This document shows, in pieces, positions 19,059 to 26,235 of a stretch of DNA of 27,597 bases. This DNA comes from a virus (taxonomy: Duplodnaviria > Caudoviricetes). The stretch is taken from positions 1-27,597 of IMG/VR virus record IMGVR_UViG_3300048033_000639; one strand, written 5' to 3'. Position numbers and translations under genes: made by a program. Numbering within the stretch: the stretch's first letter is position 1; each line of letters opens with the position of its first letter. The notes below the pieces were generated by a model, which did no database searches, had not been told where the DNA came from, and worked only from the letters and a program-made list of their open reading frames with translations.

Positions 19059-19760
19059 TTAATTAACGTCATCTTCAAATGTAGTTGAAGCATCTGCTCC
19101 ATCACAGTGACACAACAGTATAGTATCATCATCATTAGTAAATGCACTGGTGCTTGGTGTAAAGCTACCTGTATACCTTGCAATATTACTTACTCTTAGT
19201 TCATCCAACCATCCATTTAGTGGTTGTATTGGAGTTGCTCCATTGAATCCTGAAAACTGTATGTTTCTGCCACCGCCAATTGAATCACTGTCTGTAAACG
19301 TGCCTGCACTTGATCCATTCCACCAAAATGTTACTGTGTCACTACCGTTTCTTGTGAGTGCCCAGTGATACCATGTACCTGTGCTTACTGAGGTGTAACC
19401 AGTTGACACACCACCAAAGAATGCTCTAACACCGCCATTGGTTGAATGATGCTGTATAAATGCTTCGCCTGTTTGGAAACTTGCGTCATTGTTCCACGCC
19501 ATTATAACTTGGTTGACAGCAGTTGTATTGAATCTTACCCAACCTTCTACTGTGAAAGTTGTCAATCCATTCATGTCTAAGTCTGTGGTTAGTGTATCAC
19601 CTGTGCCATCAAATAGCGCACTTGCACCACCAAACTTTGATTGTGCTGTGTCTACTTGTGCATCTGCAACAGCTGTGAATGTAACAGCATCACGGCTAGG
19701 TGGCCCAGCGGCTGCTGCTGCTTTTGCTAAACTGTTTAATCTAAATGCTCCTAGTGGCAT
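19059..19760 (-). CDS. LamG / concanavalin A-like lectin-domain virion protein
   Basis: DTAQSKFGGASALFDG, FTVEGWV, TWYHWALTRNG, GWLDELRVSNIARY, FTPSTSAF. Confidence 0.85.
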   Translation of the reverse strand: MPLGAFRLNSLAKAAAAAGPPSRDAVTFTAVADAQVDTAQSKFGGASALFDGTGDTLTTDLDMNGLTTFTVEGWVRFNTTAVNQVIMAWNNDASFQTGEAFIQHHSTNGGVRAFFGGVSTGYTSVSTGTWYHWALTRNGSDTVTFWWNGSSAGTFTDSDSIGGGRNIQFSGFNGATPIQPLNGWLDELRVSNIARYTGSFTPSTSAFTNDDDTILLCHCDGADASTTFEDDVN

Positions 19761-19769
19761 ACTGTCTCC

Positions 19770-20390
19770 TTAACCAAAGTTAGTTGCTAGTGATGCATAA
19801 TAGGTTGTTCCATCATAGAACACGCTGAGCACGTCAATGTTGTTTGCACCTGTTGACAGTGTGTTTGTGCCATCTGCAAACAGCATAGTTGATGTAAGTT
19901 CTTCACCACCTGTTGCACTCTGTTTGATGATTAGTGTCATTGACTGTCCTGCTTCTGGGTTTGCAAAAGCATTGAATGTGATATTGCCAGTGAGTGTGAT
20001 TGACTGTACGTTACCATTTGCTACATCTGGTGTAATTGTGCCTGTGGTGCTTCCACCTGTGTACACAGTTTCTTTGTAGTCTTTGAAGTTGACATTGCTT
20101 ACTGTGTTGCCCTGCCCATCTAGTTCACCACCCAACTGTGGAGTAGTGTCATCTACAACATCTTGTAGCCCACCTGTGGGCTTTGGTCCAACTTCAAAAT
20201 TGCCTGAAGATGAATTGTAAATTAAAATATATTCGTTTGCGTTGCCAGTGAGATCTACATCACTCAAATCACCAATTGATTCACTGGTGATGTTCTCTAG
20301 CTTGTCTGTGTTTAGGTTATCAAAGTTAGCATCGCCCTCAGCAAATGTTAGGGCGCTGCCTTTGACGCTTCTTAATACTATTGTGCTCAT
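19770..20390 (-). CDS. Virion fibre/decoration-like protein
   Basis: N-terminal R..KGS.LT..E.D.NF.NL, SIGDLSDV, DTTPQLGG.LD, C-terminal G.SMTLIIKQ...D.LS..YDGT.YY. Confidence 0.6.
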   Translation of the reverse strand: MSTIVLRSVKGSALTFAEGDANFDNLNTDKLENITSESIGDLSDVDLTGNANEYILIYNSSSGNFEVGPKPTGGLQDVVDDTTPQLGGELDGQGNTVSNVNFKDYKETVYTGGSTTGTITPDVANGNVQSITLTGNITFNAFANPEAGQSMTLIIKQSATGGEELTSTMLFADGTNTLSTGANNIDVLSVFYDGTTYYASLATNFG

Positions 20391-20415
20391 GGGCGTGTTT
20401 CTCCTTGTAAAGTGA

Positions 20416-20442
20416 ATGAGGGTGCCACTAGGACACCCTCAT
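20416..20442 (-). terminator. Stem-loop after the 130-aa gene (weak terminator or stabiliser)
   Basis: ATGAGGGTGTC-CTAGT-GGCACCCTCAT on the minus strand; poor U tract. Confidence 0.5.
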
Positions 20443-20450
20443 AGTGTGTA

Positions 20451-20843
20451 TTAGTCTAGGCTAATAGTTAGGTTACCACTTGAAATTTGGAAAGTGTCCC
20501 CATCTTCAATAGTTTTTGAAGTTGTTACTGCACCGTGGAACAGTAAGTTGCCAGTTGTTAGTGCATCATAGATACCAATGTGTGAAATAGTACCCCAGTT
20601 GCCACCTGACGCTGCATCAAAAGTGATGGTTGCGTTGGTTGACGCTGAGCCTGCACTTGCTGCTGCAAATGTAGCTTCTTTACGTGCATATCCGTTGCCT
20701 GATACTTCACCGCCACCACTAGCATCATCTAATGGGCTAGTTGTGTGTAAGCCTACATATACGTTGGTTGGTGCTGTAAAAGCTGTGGTAGCTAGAGCAT
20801 GGTCCAGTACCTTGTTTTCTAAATAGTCGCTTGCTGCGCTCAT
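20451..20843 (-). CDS. Small Ala/Thr/Gly-rich structural (fibre subunit-like) protein
   Basis: SDYLENKVLD, EVSGNGYAR, WGTISHIGIYDA...GNLLF motifs of a common phage structural family; own promoter motif, AAGGAG RBS and 3' hairpin suggest high expression. Confidence 0.7.
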   Translation of the reverse strand: MSAASDYLENKVLDHALATTAFTAPTNVYVGLHTTSPLDDASGGGEVSGNGYARKEATFAAASAGSASTNATITFDAASGGNWGTISHIGIYDALTTGNLLFHGAVTTSKTIEDGDTFQISSGNLTISLD

Positions 20844-20888
20844 GTTGTTTCTCCTTTAAAGGTTTTTTGCTATTGCGATTCGCACTGT

Positions 20889-20896
20889 TATTTATA
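20889..20896 (-). promoter_or_regulatory. T4-type late promoter TATAAATA heading the fibre-terL-portal gene run
   Basis: Exact match, intergenic, coding strand. Confidence 0.65.
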
Positions 20897-20907
20897 CATT
20901 TCTAAAA

Positions 20908-21600
20908 TTAGTGCAAATCATTCCAGGTTGTTCCGTCATAGCCTTGGAACTTGCTGGTAGTTTCATTAAAAATTAATGTGCCTGCTGTTGGTGACAGTGC
21001 ATTTCTTTCAGTAGTGGTATAGTTGCCTAGTTCTAGCACACTTTCACTTTGTGTTGCACCATCATTGTAGCGCAGGCTTACTGTGTCTGCTGCTAGGTTG
21101 ATAGTGCCATCATATGTGCCTGATGCAGTGCTGGTTTCAAGCAATAGTTCGCCTGCATCATCCATAAACAGTCTTACCTTGCCGTTGTACACTCTTAGAT
21201 TGAGGTTTTCTCCACCTTCAAATGTGGTTACACCTGTGATGTTTAATTTAAATGTGTCAGTTTGAAACTGTACATCTTTGGTAGCATAACCTGAAGGAGG
21301 TTCAAACACAATGTCATCAGTGGTTTCATCACCTATCTGTATTAGATCTGAATTGAGTGTACCTGCGCCAAATGAGTTGGTAATTGTAACAGTTTTGGCT
21401 GTGTTGTCACCAGCTATTGTGACGCCACTGCCTGCAACGAGTGTGATTGTGCCATTCAGTTCTGCAACTACGTTGGTGCCTGATGTGTCCGCTTGCAGTG
21501 TAACAGTAGCGTCACGGAGATTTTCAAAGTTTGTGTCCATTTCATCATTGGTAAGAGGTGACCCTTTGGTATCTCTAATTGTTAGTACTGGTTTTGTCAT
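20908..21600 (-). CDS. Virion fibre-like protein
   Basis: N-terminal RDTKGSPLTNDEMDTNFENL; C-terminal YTTTERNAL...G.LIFN.TT.KFQGYDG..W; start set at ATG 21600 (GGAG RBS). Confidence 0.6.
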   Translation of the reverse strand: MTKPVLTIRDTKGSPLTNDEMDTNFENLRDATVTLQADTSGTNVVAELNGTITLVAGSGVTIAGDNTAKTVTITNSFGAGTLNSDLIQIGDETTDDIVFEPPSGYATKDVQFQTDTFKLNITGVTTFEGGENLNLRVYNGKVRLFMDDAGELLLETSTASGTYDGTINLAADTVSLRYNDGATQSESVLELGNYTTTERNALSPTAGTLIFNETTSKFQGYDGTTWNDLH

Positions 21601-21805
21601 TGTGTTCTCCAAGTGTATTTAATGTTCTAAGCATATGCACTTGATCTCTCTGAATTTGATTAACTGCTTTGCCAATGTTGTCTACATGCTCTGTAGTAAT
21701 TTTAAGGTGATGCACTATTTCATTGTTCATAGTTTCTAGTGTTTCTATTCTTGTCTGCATGATTTGTAACATTTCCCAGGGGTCCAAGTCGTCAAACATA
21801 TTCAT
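21575..21805 (-). CDS. Small coiled-coil hypothetical protein
   Basis: 76 aa with a heptad pattern; GAGGT RBS. Confidence 0.55.
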   Translation of the reverse strand: MNMFDDLDPWEMLQIMQTRIETLETMNNEIVHHLKITTEHVDNIGKAVNQIQRDQVHMLRTLNTLGEHNDKTSTNN

Positions 21806-21811
21806 TGATAG

Positions 21812-22192
21812 TTACCTCTTTCTTTCCCAGTTTCTATCAGGCTGATAGTATTGTCCTTTGTCACGTTGACGACATATCACTACATTGTCTGAGCTCCAAG
21901 GTAAATCATTTGTGCGTCTGTACATGGTGTAGTTGTCCTTGAGTCTGCCACGCTGTAGCCATAGTTCTGTGGGCCACAACTGTTGCCAGTCTTCCCAAGT
22001 TAGCTCATACTCTTCGTTACGGAAACGTGCTTGTGCTTGGTGTTTCTTCCAACCATAGTACTTGTCATGTTCTATTGGGTCAGGACCACTCTTCCAATCA
22101 TGAGGTGAAGGAAGTCTACCTGGCAGTCCATCGCCTGGTGTTCTAGAGTAAGCATATTTTTTTGGAACATAGTATTTGTTTGTATAGTTCAT
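21812..22192 (-). CDS. Hypothetical protein resembling a degenerate His-Me (HNH-like) nuclease fold
   Basis: QA.FR.E.Y.LT.E.W..LW....RGR....Y.M.R.....W..DNV.I pattern; catalytic residues not evident. Confidence 0.4.
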   Translation of the reverse strand: MNYTNKYYVPKKYAYSRTPGDGLPGRLPSPHDWKSGPDPIEHDKYYGWKKHQAQARFRNEEYELTWEDWQQLWPTELWLQRGRLKDNYTMYRRTNDLPWSSDNVVICRQRDKGQYYQPDRNWERKR

Positions 22193-22635
22193 GTGCCAAA
22201 CTCCACTATGTTGTCTATGGGCTGTTGTTTACTACTGTCATCATTGGGCAAGTCAATTGACATAGCTCTACACCATATCTCTCTGCCTTGACAAATCATC
22301 TTCCACGCTGTGCCTTTGTAGTTGTGTGGATCTTTGCGTGTGCGGTATGGTGTAAGGTAGCTGCCTGAGGTTGAAATGTGTCCATAGCGTTCTAGCGCAC
22401 GTTCTAGTTCTAGCACTGTGGCTATCTCTGCTAGTTCTACAAAGTGTCCAAACTCTTTGTCAATCACTTTGATGCCTCTTAGATACATTGTCCATAAATC
22501 ATTGTCCATTGAGTGCAGCATGTCCCATATGGTTTTGTTGTTGCGTTGTAGTTTGCCGTGTGTGAGTATTTCTTTGTTGAGTGTTTCACTAACTTTGCGA
22601 AATACCATTAGGCAGTCATTGTCGTAGTTTGCCAT
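22189..22635 (-). CDS. Hypothetical protein (148 aa)
   Basis: GAGGAG RBS; TAATG and ATGA overlaps with its neighbours. Confidence 0.7.
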   Translation of the reverse strand: MANYDNDCLMVFRKVSETLNKEILTHGKLQRNNKTIWDMLHSMDNDLWTMYLRGIKVIDKEFGHFVELAEIATVLELERALERYGHISTSGSYLTPYRTRKDPHNYKGTAWKMICQGREIWCRAMSIDLPNDDSSKQQPIDNIVEFGT

Positions 22636-22763
22636 TAGTGGATCTCTCCTCGTGCTTTGAGTTCGTCCAGCACAGTGTTTTCATCACCTGGATATGCTCC
22701 TGCCATGATAGCGTTGTAGGTTTGCCATAGTTGTAGTACTGTAAGTTGTTTTAGATTTGCCAT
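22635..22763 (-). CDS. 42-aa hypothetical protein MANLKQLTVLQLWQTYNAIMAGAYPGDENTVLDELKARGEIH
   Basis: First ORF after a sigma70 promoter; AAGGAG RBS; TAATG coupling; not in the ORF track. Confidence 0.7.
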   Translation of the reverse strand: MANLKQLTVLQLWQTYNAIMAGAYPGDENTVLDELKARGEIH

Positions 22764-22788
22764 TTGTTTTTCTCCTTTGTATACTGTT

Positions 22789-22817
22789 AGTATATACTAT
22801 TATTTATCTAATGTCAA
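22789..22817 (-). promoter_or_regulatory. Sigma70 promoter TTGACA-17-TATACT with GATAAATA in the spacer
   Basis: Read directly; intergenic, just after a terminator and before an RBS. Confidence 0.85.
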
Positions 22818-22828
22818 CCATTTGTGGT

Positions 22829-22853
22829 AAAAAAAGGACCCTAAGGTCCTTTT
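22829..22853. terminator. Intrinsic terminator after terS, possibly bidirectional
   Basis: AAAAGGACC-CTAA-GGTCCTTTT with A/T tracts on both sides. Confidence 0.85.
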
Positions 22854-22904
22854 AATAGTTAGTTTACACAGGAGTTATTAGAATCACGTTCTAATACAAC
22901 TATA

Positions 22905-23378
22905 TTACTTGGTTTCTTCTGGGTTGTCAACCGTTTTTTCATACTCTTCTTGAATTTTTTCTTTGTGTTCCTCAGAAACAGTTGGGTCATCATCTTCATC
23001 ATCTGTCCAAGGTAGTGGTGAGTTGGCTTCTGTGTTGAGAGGTTGATCCGTCATAGCCAAGATGTTTTTAGCAAGGAATATCTGCACCGCTGCATTCATG
23101 TTTACACAAGCGTTCTTGAGCATGGCTCGTCTAAGAGTTATCTTTAACTCTTCTCTGCCCTTTGTGAGATATTCGCTAAAGTTGTAGCGTAGAGTTTGTT
23201 CAGTTACACCATAAAAGTTGGCAATGTCCGTGTTAGAGCAGCCAAGACTTGCAAGTTCTTTAACTTGATCAGGTGGTACTACTTGTTTGTTGTCGCCACG
23301 ACCCACTTCAAGTCCTACTATGGTAGCTTCTACTAGTTCTTTGGGTTTGGGTCCTGTTTTCTTTGGTTCTTCGCTCAT
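22905..23378 (-). CDS. terS: Terminase small subunit
   Basis: GPKPK N-terminus, HTH GCSNTDIANFYGVTEQTL, then LRRAMLKNA...AVQIFLAKN typical of TerS; acidic tail. Confidence 0.75.
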   Translation of the reverse strand: MSEEPKKTGPKPKELVEATIVGLEVGRGDNKQVVPPDQVKELASLGCSNTDIANFYGVTEQTLRYNFSEYLTKGREELKITLRRAMLKNACVNMNAAVQIFLAKNILAMTDQPLNTEANSPLPWTDDEDDDPTVSEEHKEKIQEEYEKTVDNPEETK

Positions 23379-23383
23379 GTGTA

Positions 23384-23391
23384 TATTTATA
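23384..23391 (-). promoter_or_regulatory. T4-type late promoter TATAAATA 5 nt before the terS ATG
   Basis: Exact match; no SD before terS. Confidence 0.65.
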
Positions 23392-23602
23392 GTTTGGCAG
23401 AGCCACTGGCAATTTTTCCCGCACTTGCATACATTTCTATGCCCAACATACCCATCACAGTGAATATTCTATCATCTTCTGTTTCTAGTACAAAGTAATA
23501 GTCTTCTGGATTGAATGCTTCTGTGTACTTGATGTTGAGTTTTTCCATCCATTCAAACAGTGTGTCATCTTCTTGATTGGTGGCGTAGTATTCAATTAGC
23601 AT
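23387..23602 (-). CDS. Small acidic hypothetical protein
   Basis: AGGAG RBS and an upstream TATAAATA. Confidence 0.65.
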   Translation of the reverse strand: MLIEYYATNQEDDTLFEWMEKLNIKYTEAFNPEDYYFVLETEDDRIFTVMGMLGIEMYASAGKIASGSAKL

Positions 23603-23619
23603 GGTTGTCTCCTGTTGTG

Positions 23620-23627
23620 TATTTATA
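23620..23627 (-). promoter_or_regulatory. T4-type late promoter TATAAATA
   Basis: Exact match overlapping a stop codon, ahead of the RBS of the 71-aa gene. Confidence 0.55.
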
Positions 23628-24054
23628 AGGCACTCATTCTGTACCTATATCCATCTTTTAGTGGGTATGCTTGGCTCATGTATTTGCGTTCACCATCAAG
23701 GATCATAACACATGAGAGAGGATCACCATACTGTGTTATTTCAAATAATTTACAGTTTTCATTTACTGCGGTTCTTGTTACACGTATGCCTTGGTACGTG
23801 CGATAATAATACTGTAGTTCTTCAAACATTCTATTTTCACACGCTCTACCACCTTGCCAAAAACCTCTGTCTGCATACACTTTAAACTGTGTGCCAAATT
23901 CTTCACGTGCTGTTACAAAGTATCTTTTTAGATTATTATTATATCTTGTGATTTGCCAACGCTCATGATTGCACATGCTAGGTGCATGGTGTGCGTGTTC
24001 AAGTTTTTGTGATTGTGCTGCTTCAAATGCACGATATTCTTCTTGACTTAACAT
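23623..24054 (-). CDS. Hypothetical protein (143 aa)
   Basis: TAATG coupling with the upstream gene. Confidence 0.7.
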   Translation of the reverse strand: MLSQEEYRAFEAAQSQKLEHAHHAPSMCNHERWQITRYNNNLKRYFVTAREEFGTQFKVYADRGFWQGGRACENRMFEELQYYYRTYQGIRVTRTAVNENCKLFEITQYGDPLSCVMILDGERKYMSQAYPLKDGYRYRMSAL

Positions 24055-24557
24055 TAAAACAAACTCCTTGTTCTGCGTCCTTCAACTTGTGTTAGAGGAT
24101 TTTGCCAGGTATAAATTCTATTGTACTGTGCGTTTTCAATTGTTTGCAGTTCAAACTCATGTGTCCATCCATCAATTGTAAACTTCATAGTAAGCTCTTG
24201 TGTGCTTCTATCTAATACAAGTAATGCAACACTAAATGGCACACGCTCCAGTGGTTGTGCGCCTTTGGCCCATTTTGTTCTGTGACTGAGCTTTCCAATC
24301 CATAGTTTATATTGTTGTCCATGTTCTTTGCGTATGTCTCGCCATGCCTGCACATATTCATCATATTGATTCCAGCCATCATCTTCTGCACCTTCAAGAC
24401 TATTGTATATCTCTCTGCGTTCTTGTGTAAGGCGCCAGGTAAACTTGGCTAATTTACCTTCACGATTTACAATGTCCATATTAACTTTGATGCGATCCTT
24501 TTCTTTGAATTCTCGCACATTTGCTTTAAAATAGTGTATCTGTTGCTGTGTAATCAT
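24054..24557 (-). CDS. Hypothetical protein (167 aa)
   Basis: GGAGGT RBS; ATGA overlap. Confidence 0.75.
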   Translation of the reverse strand: MITQQQIHYFKANVREFKEKDRIKVNMDIVNREGKLAKFTWRLTQERREIYNSLEGAEDDGWNQYDEYVQAWRDIRKEHGQQYKLWIGKLSHRTKWAKGAQPLERVPFSVALLVLDRSTQELTMKFTIDGWTHEFELQTIENAQYNRIYTWQNPLTQVEGRRTRSLF

Positions 24558-24802
24558 TGTACACCTCCGCAGATACTCAATACCCCTCTTCTGTCAAGAA
24601 ACAGTTCTCTTAGGCAATGCCTGCCAAGAGATAGGACGGAGTCCTGCAGGGCTTTAGCCAGGCGTGTGAGTGGACTTGGAGTCCGCGAAATTACACTACT
24701 AGTTTCCTTGTATACTTGTATTCTAATATACTTGTATACTAATATTATATTCGCGGTTTTTGCGTGATGATTTGCGTGCGTGTTTGCTTTGTTAATTGCC
24801 AT
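24554..24802 (-). CDS. 82-aa ORF overlying repeats and hairpins (possible origin region)
   Basis: AGGAG RBS after a consensus promoter and coupling to the next gene, but atypical protein composition. Confidence 0.5.
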   Translation of the reverse strand: MAINKANTHANHHAKTANIILVYKYIRIQVYKETSSVISRTPSPLTRLAKALQDSVLSLGRHCLRELFLDRRGVLSICGGVQ

Positions 24803-24843
24803 TTTATAGTCTCCTGTTAACCAAAAGTATTTATCACATTCTT

Positions 24844-24872
24844 ATTATAAGTGGTTTTTTTTGGTTTGTCAA
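24844..24872 (-). promoter_or_regulatory. Perfect consensus sigma70 promoter TTGACA-17-TATAAT, with GATAAATA downstream at 24828-24835
   Basis: Read directly; A tract upstream. Confidence 0.9.
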
Positions 24873-25017
24873 CCTTTTTAGCACATAGGCGTCTAAGACT
24901 GCGTCGTTGTACTACTCTGGGTGTACAACTAATGAAATTGTTTAACCTGCATTTGCGGGGTGTTTAAGCGCGGCGCAATTGGTGTTGTGTGGTGGTTTGA
25001 GTTTTTATGGCTCTTAA

Positions 25018-25056
25018 TAAGAAAAGCCCCCTACTAAAAATGCTAGTAGAGGGCTT
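25018..25056 (-). terminator. Intrinsic terminator ending the long structural gene run
   Basis: AAGCCCTCTACTA-GCATTTT-TAGTAGGGGGCTT followed by TTCTT. Confidence 0.8.
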
Positions 25057-25139
25057 AGTAGTGTGCAACTAGGTGATTAACATATCTAGGAGCTCTAATC
25101 AAAATGGCTTATAAAGATTAGATGTTGTTGCTCACTACA
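25018..25139 (-). ncRNA. Candidate structured small RNA (about 120 nt)
   Basis: Bounded by TAATAAATA and a terminator; outer stem GTAGTGAGCAAC/GTTGCACACTAC (11 of 12 pairs) and inner stem TCTAATC/GATTAGA. Confidence 0.45.
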
Positions 25140-25142
25140 CTT

Positions 25143-25466
25143 TTATTTATTATTTTTATAATTTTTGTAATAATTTTTGAACCACTCACTAGCTTGAGCC
25201 TGTGGTATGTCAAAGTCACCTGTGGTGGGATTTAAATAGTGTTGACAACTAGCACAATATCTGCGCCAGTGTGGTGTAGGCTGCTTATGCTGACGCACAT
25301 GCACATGTCTATCAACAACACTTGCGTCACAGTCATCACATTCAACTACACTATGATTGATTTTTTCAACATGCGGAAATTGCGCATGTTCTGAGTTGCG
25401 GCCAGTTTTGCAGGGCTTGCTCCATTCTAGCAAGTGTTGATGTTCTGGTGGTATTAAATGCTTCAT
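25143..25466 (-). CDS. Zinc-ribbon-like protein (CDDC...CASC)
   Basis: Two CxxC pairs; start set at ATG 25466, 4 nt after CTAAATA. Confidence 0.6.
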   Translation of the reverse strand: MKHLIPPEHQHLLEWSKPCKTGRNSEHAQFPHVEKINHSVVECDDCDASVVDRHVHVRQHKQPTPHWRRYCASCQHYLNPTTGDFDIPQAQASEWFKNYYKNYKNNK

Positions 25467-25473
25467 GCTGTAT

Positions 25474-25740
25474 TTAGAGCATGAGGGCAATGACTCCTAC
25501 AAAAGCGGCTATGATAGTTGCTGTAGCGCCTATAAGTGCAACAATAATATTGTTGTTGCCTTTTTTAAAGTCAGTTTCAATACGATCCATACGCTCGTCT
25601 ATTCTATCAAAGCGGTGATCTATTTTTTCAAACTGAGTGTCTATGTCTTCTAGTTTTTGTTTCATCTGTTCGTAGCGCAATTCGCACTTGTCTACATGCA
25701 CTTCAAGGTTTTCTCTTTCAAGTGCTGTAACTTCTGACAT
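25474..25740 (-). CDS. Coiled-coil protein with a C-terminal transmembrane helix (holin-like)
   Basis: Heptads FEKIDHRFDRIDERMDRIE then hydrophobic IIVALIGATATIIAAFVGVIALML; follows the tail genes. Confidence 0.55.
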   Translation of the reverse strand: MSEVTALERENLEVHVDKCELRYEQMKQKLEDIDTQFEKIDHRFDRIDERMDRIETDFKKGNNNIIVALIGATATIIAAFVGVIALML

Positions 25741-26216
25741 TAGACAACCTCAGTAAGATCCGCTGCTAGTGTTGCTGCTACACTTAGTGTAGCTTCACTG
25801 CCACCTAACACAGTCATTAGACGCACTACACGCCAAGCACTGCCATCATACACACTCAAACAGGGTGCGCCTGCATCTCCATCTGTTGAGTAAGCAACAT
25901 CACCCTGTGCAACACCCACAAGATCCGTGATTTGTTGTGTTGTTAGAGTTTGTAAACGCAGTACATTTTGTATTTTAACATAACCAGTTGTTGGTGCAAG
26001 TGTTAGGTTACCTGTTGGAGTTACAGTCAGAGGAACTTGACTACTACTAATAGTACCACTTGCATTTAATACGCAAACACCACTGGCAGTGTTGGCTTCG
26101 TCAATAATGGTATTGAGAGCAACCACAGCATTGTACAAATCAACCCTAGCTAGGCTTGGGCTATCTGCGTCTGAGTCTAAATTTGTTGTTTGTATCTGCG
26201 TATTTGGAAATGCCAT
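25740..26216 (-). CDS. Virion fibre-like protein (158 aa)
   Basis: Beta-rich; TLTT.QI..L....GD..Y...VYDGSAW module shared with the protein at 20908-21600. Confidence 0.55.
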   Translation of the reverse strand: MAFPNTQIQTTNLDSDADSPSLARVDLYNAVVALNTIIDEANTASGVCVLNASGTISSSQVPLTVTPTGNLTLAPTTGYVKIQNVLRLQTLTTQQITDLVGVAQGDVAYSTDGDAGAPCLSVYDGSAWRVVRLMTVLGGSEATLSVAATLAADLTEVV

Positions 26217-26235
26217 GTTTTTTTGTTCCTCTGTA

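Noticed and set aside
22189-24557. One of the 143-167-aa unknown ORFs as a gp55-like sigma factor
   Set aside because: Size is compatible but I see no sigma region-2 signature; this cannot be fully excluded without a structure search.
25088-25121. Plus-strand SD and ATG as a real gene (MAYKD)
   Set aside because: Only 5 codons with no plus-strand promoter seen; treated instead as a possible antisense element.
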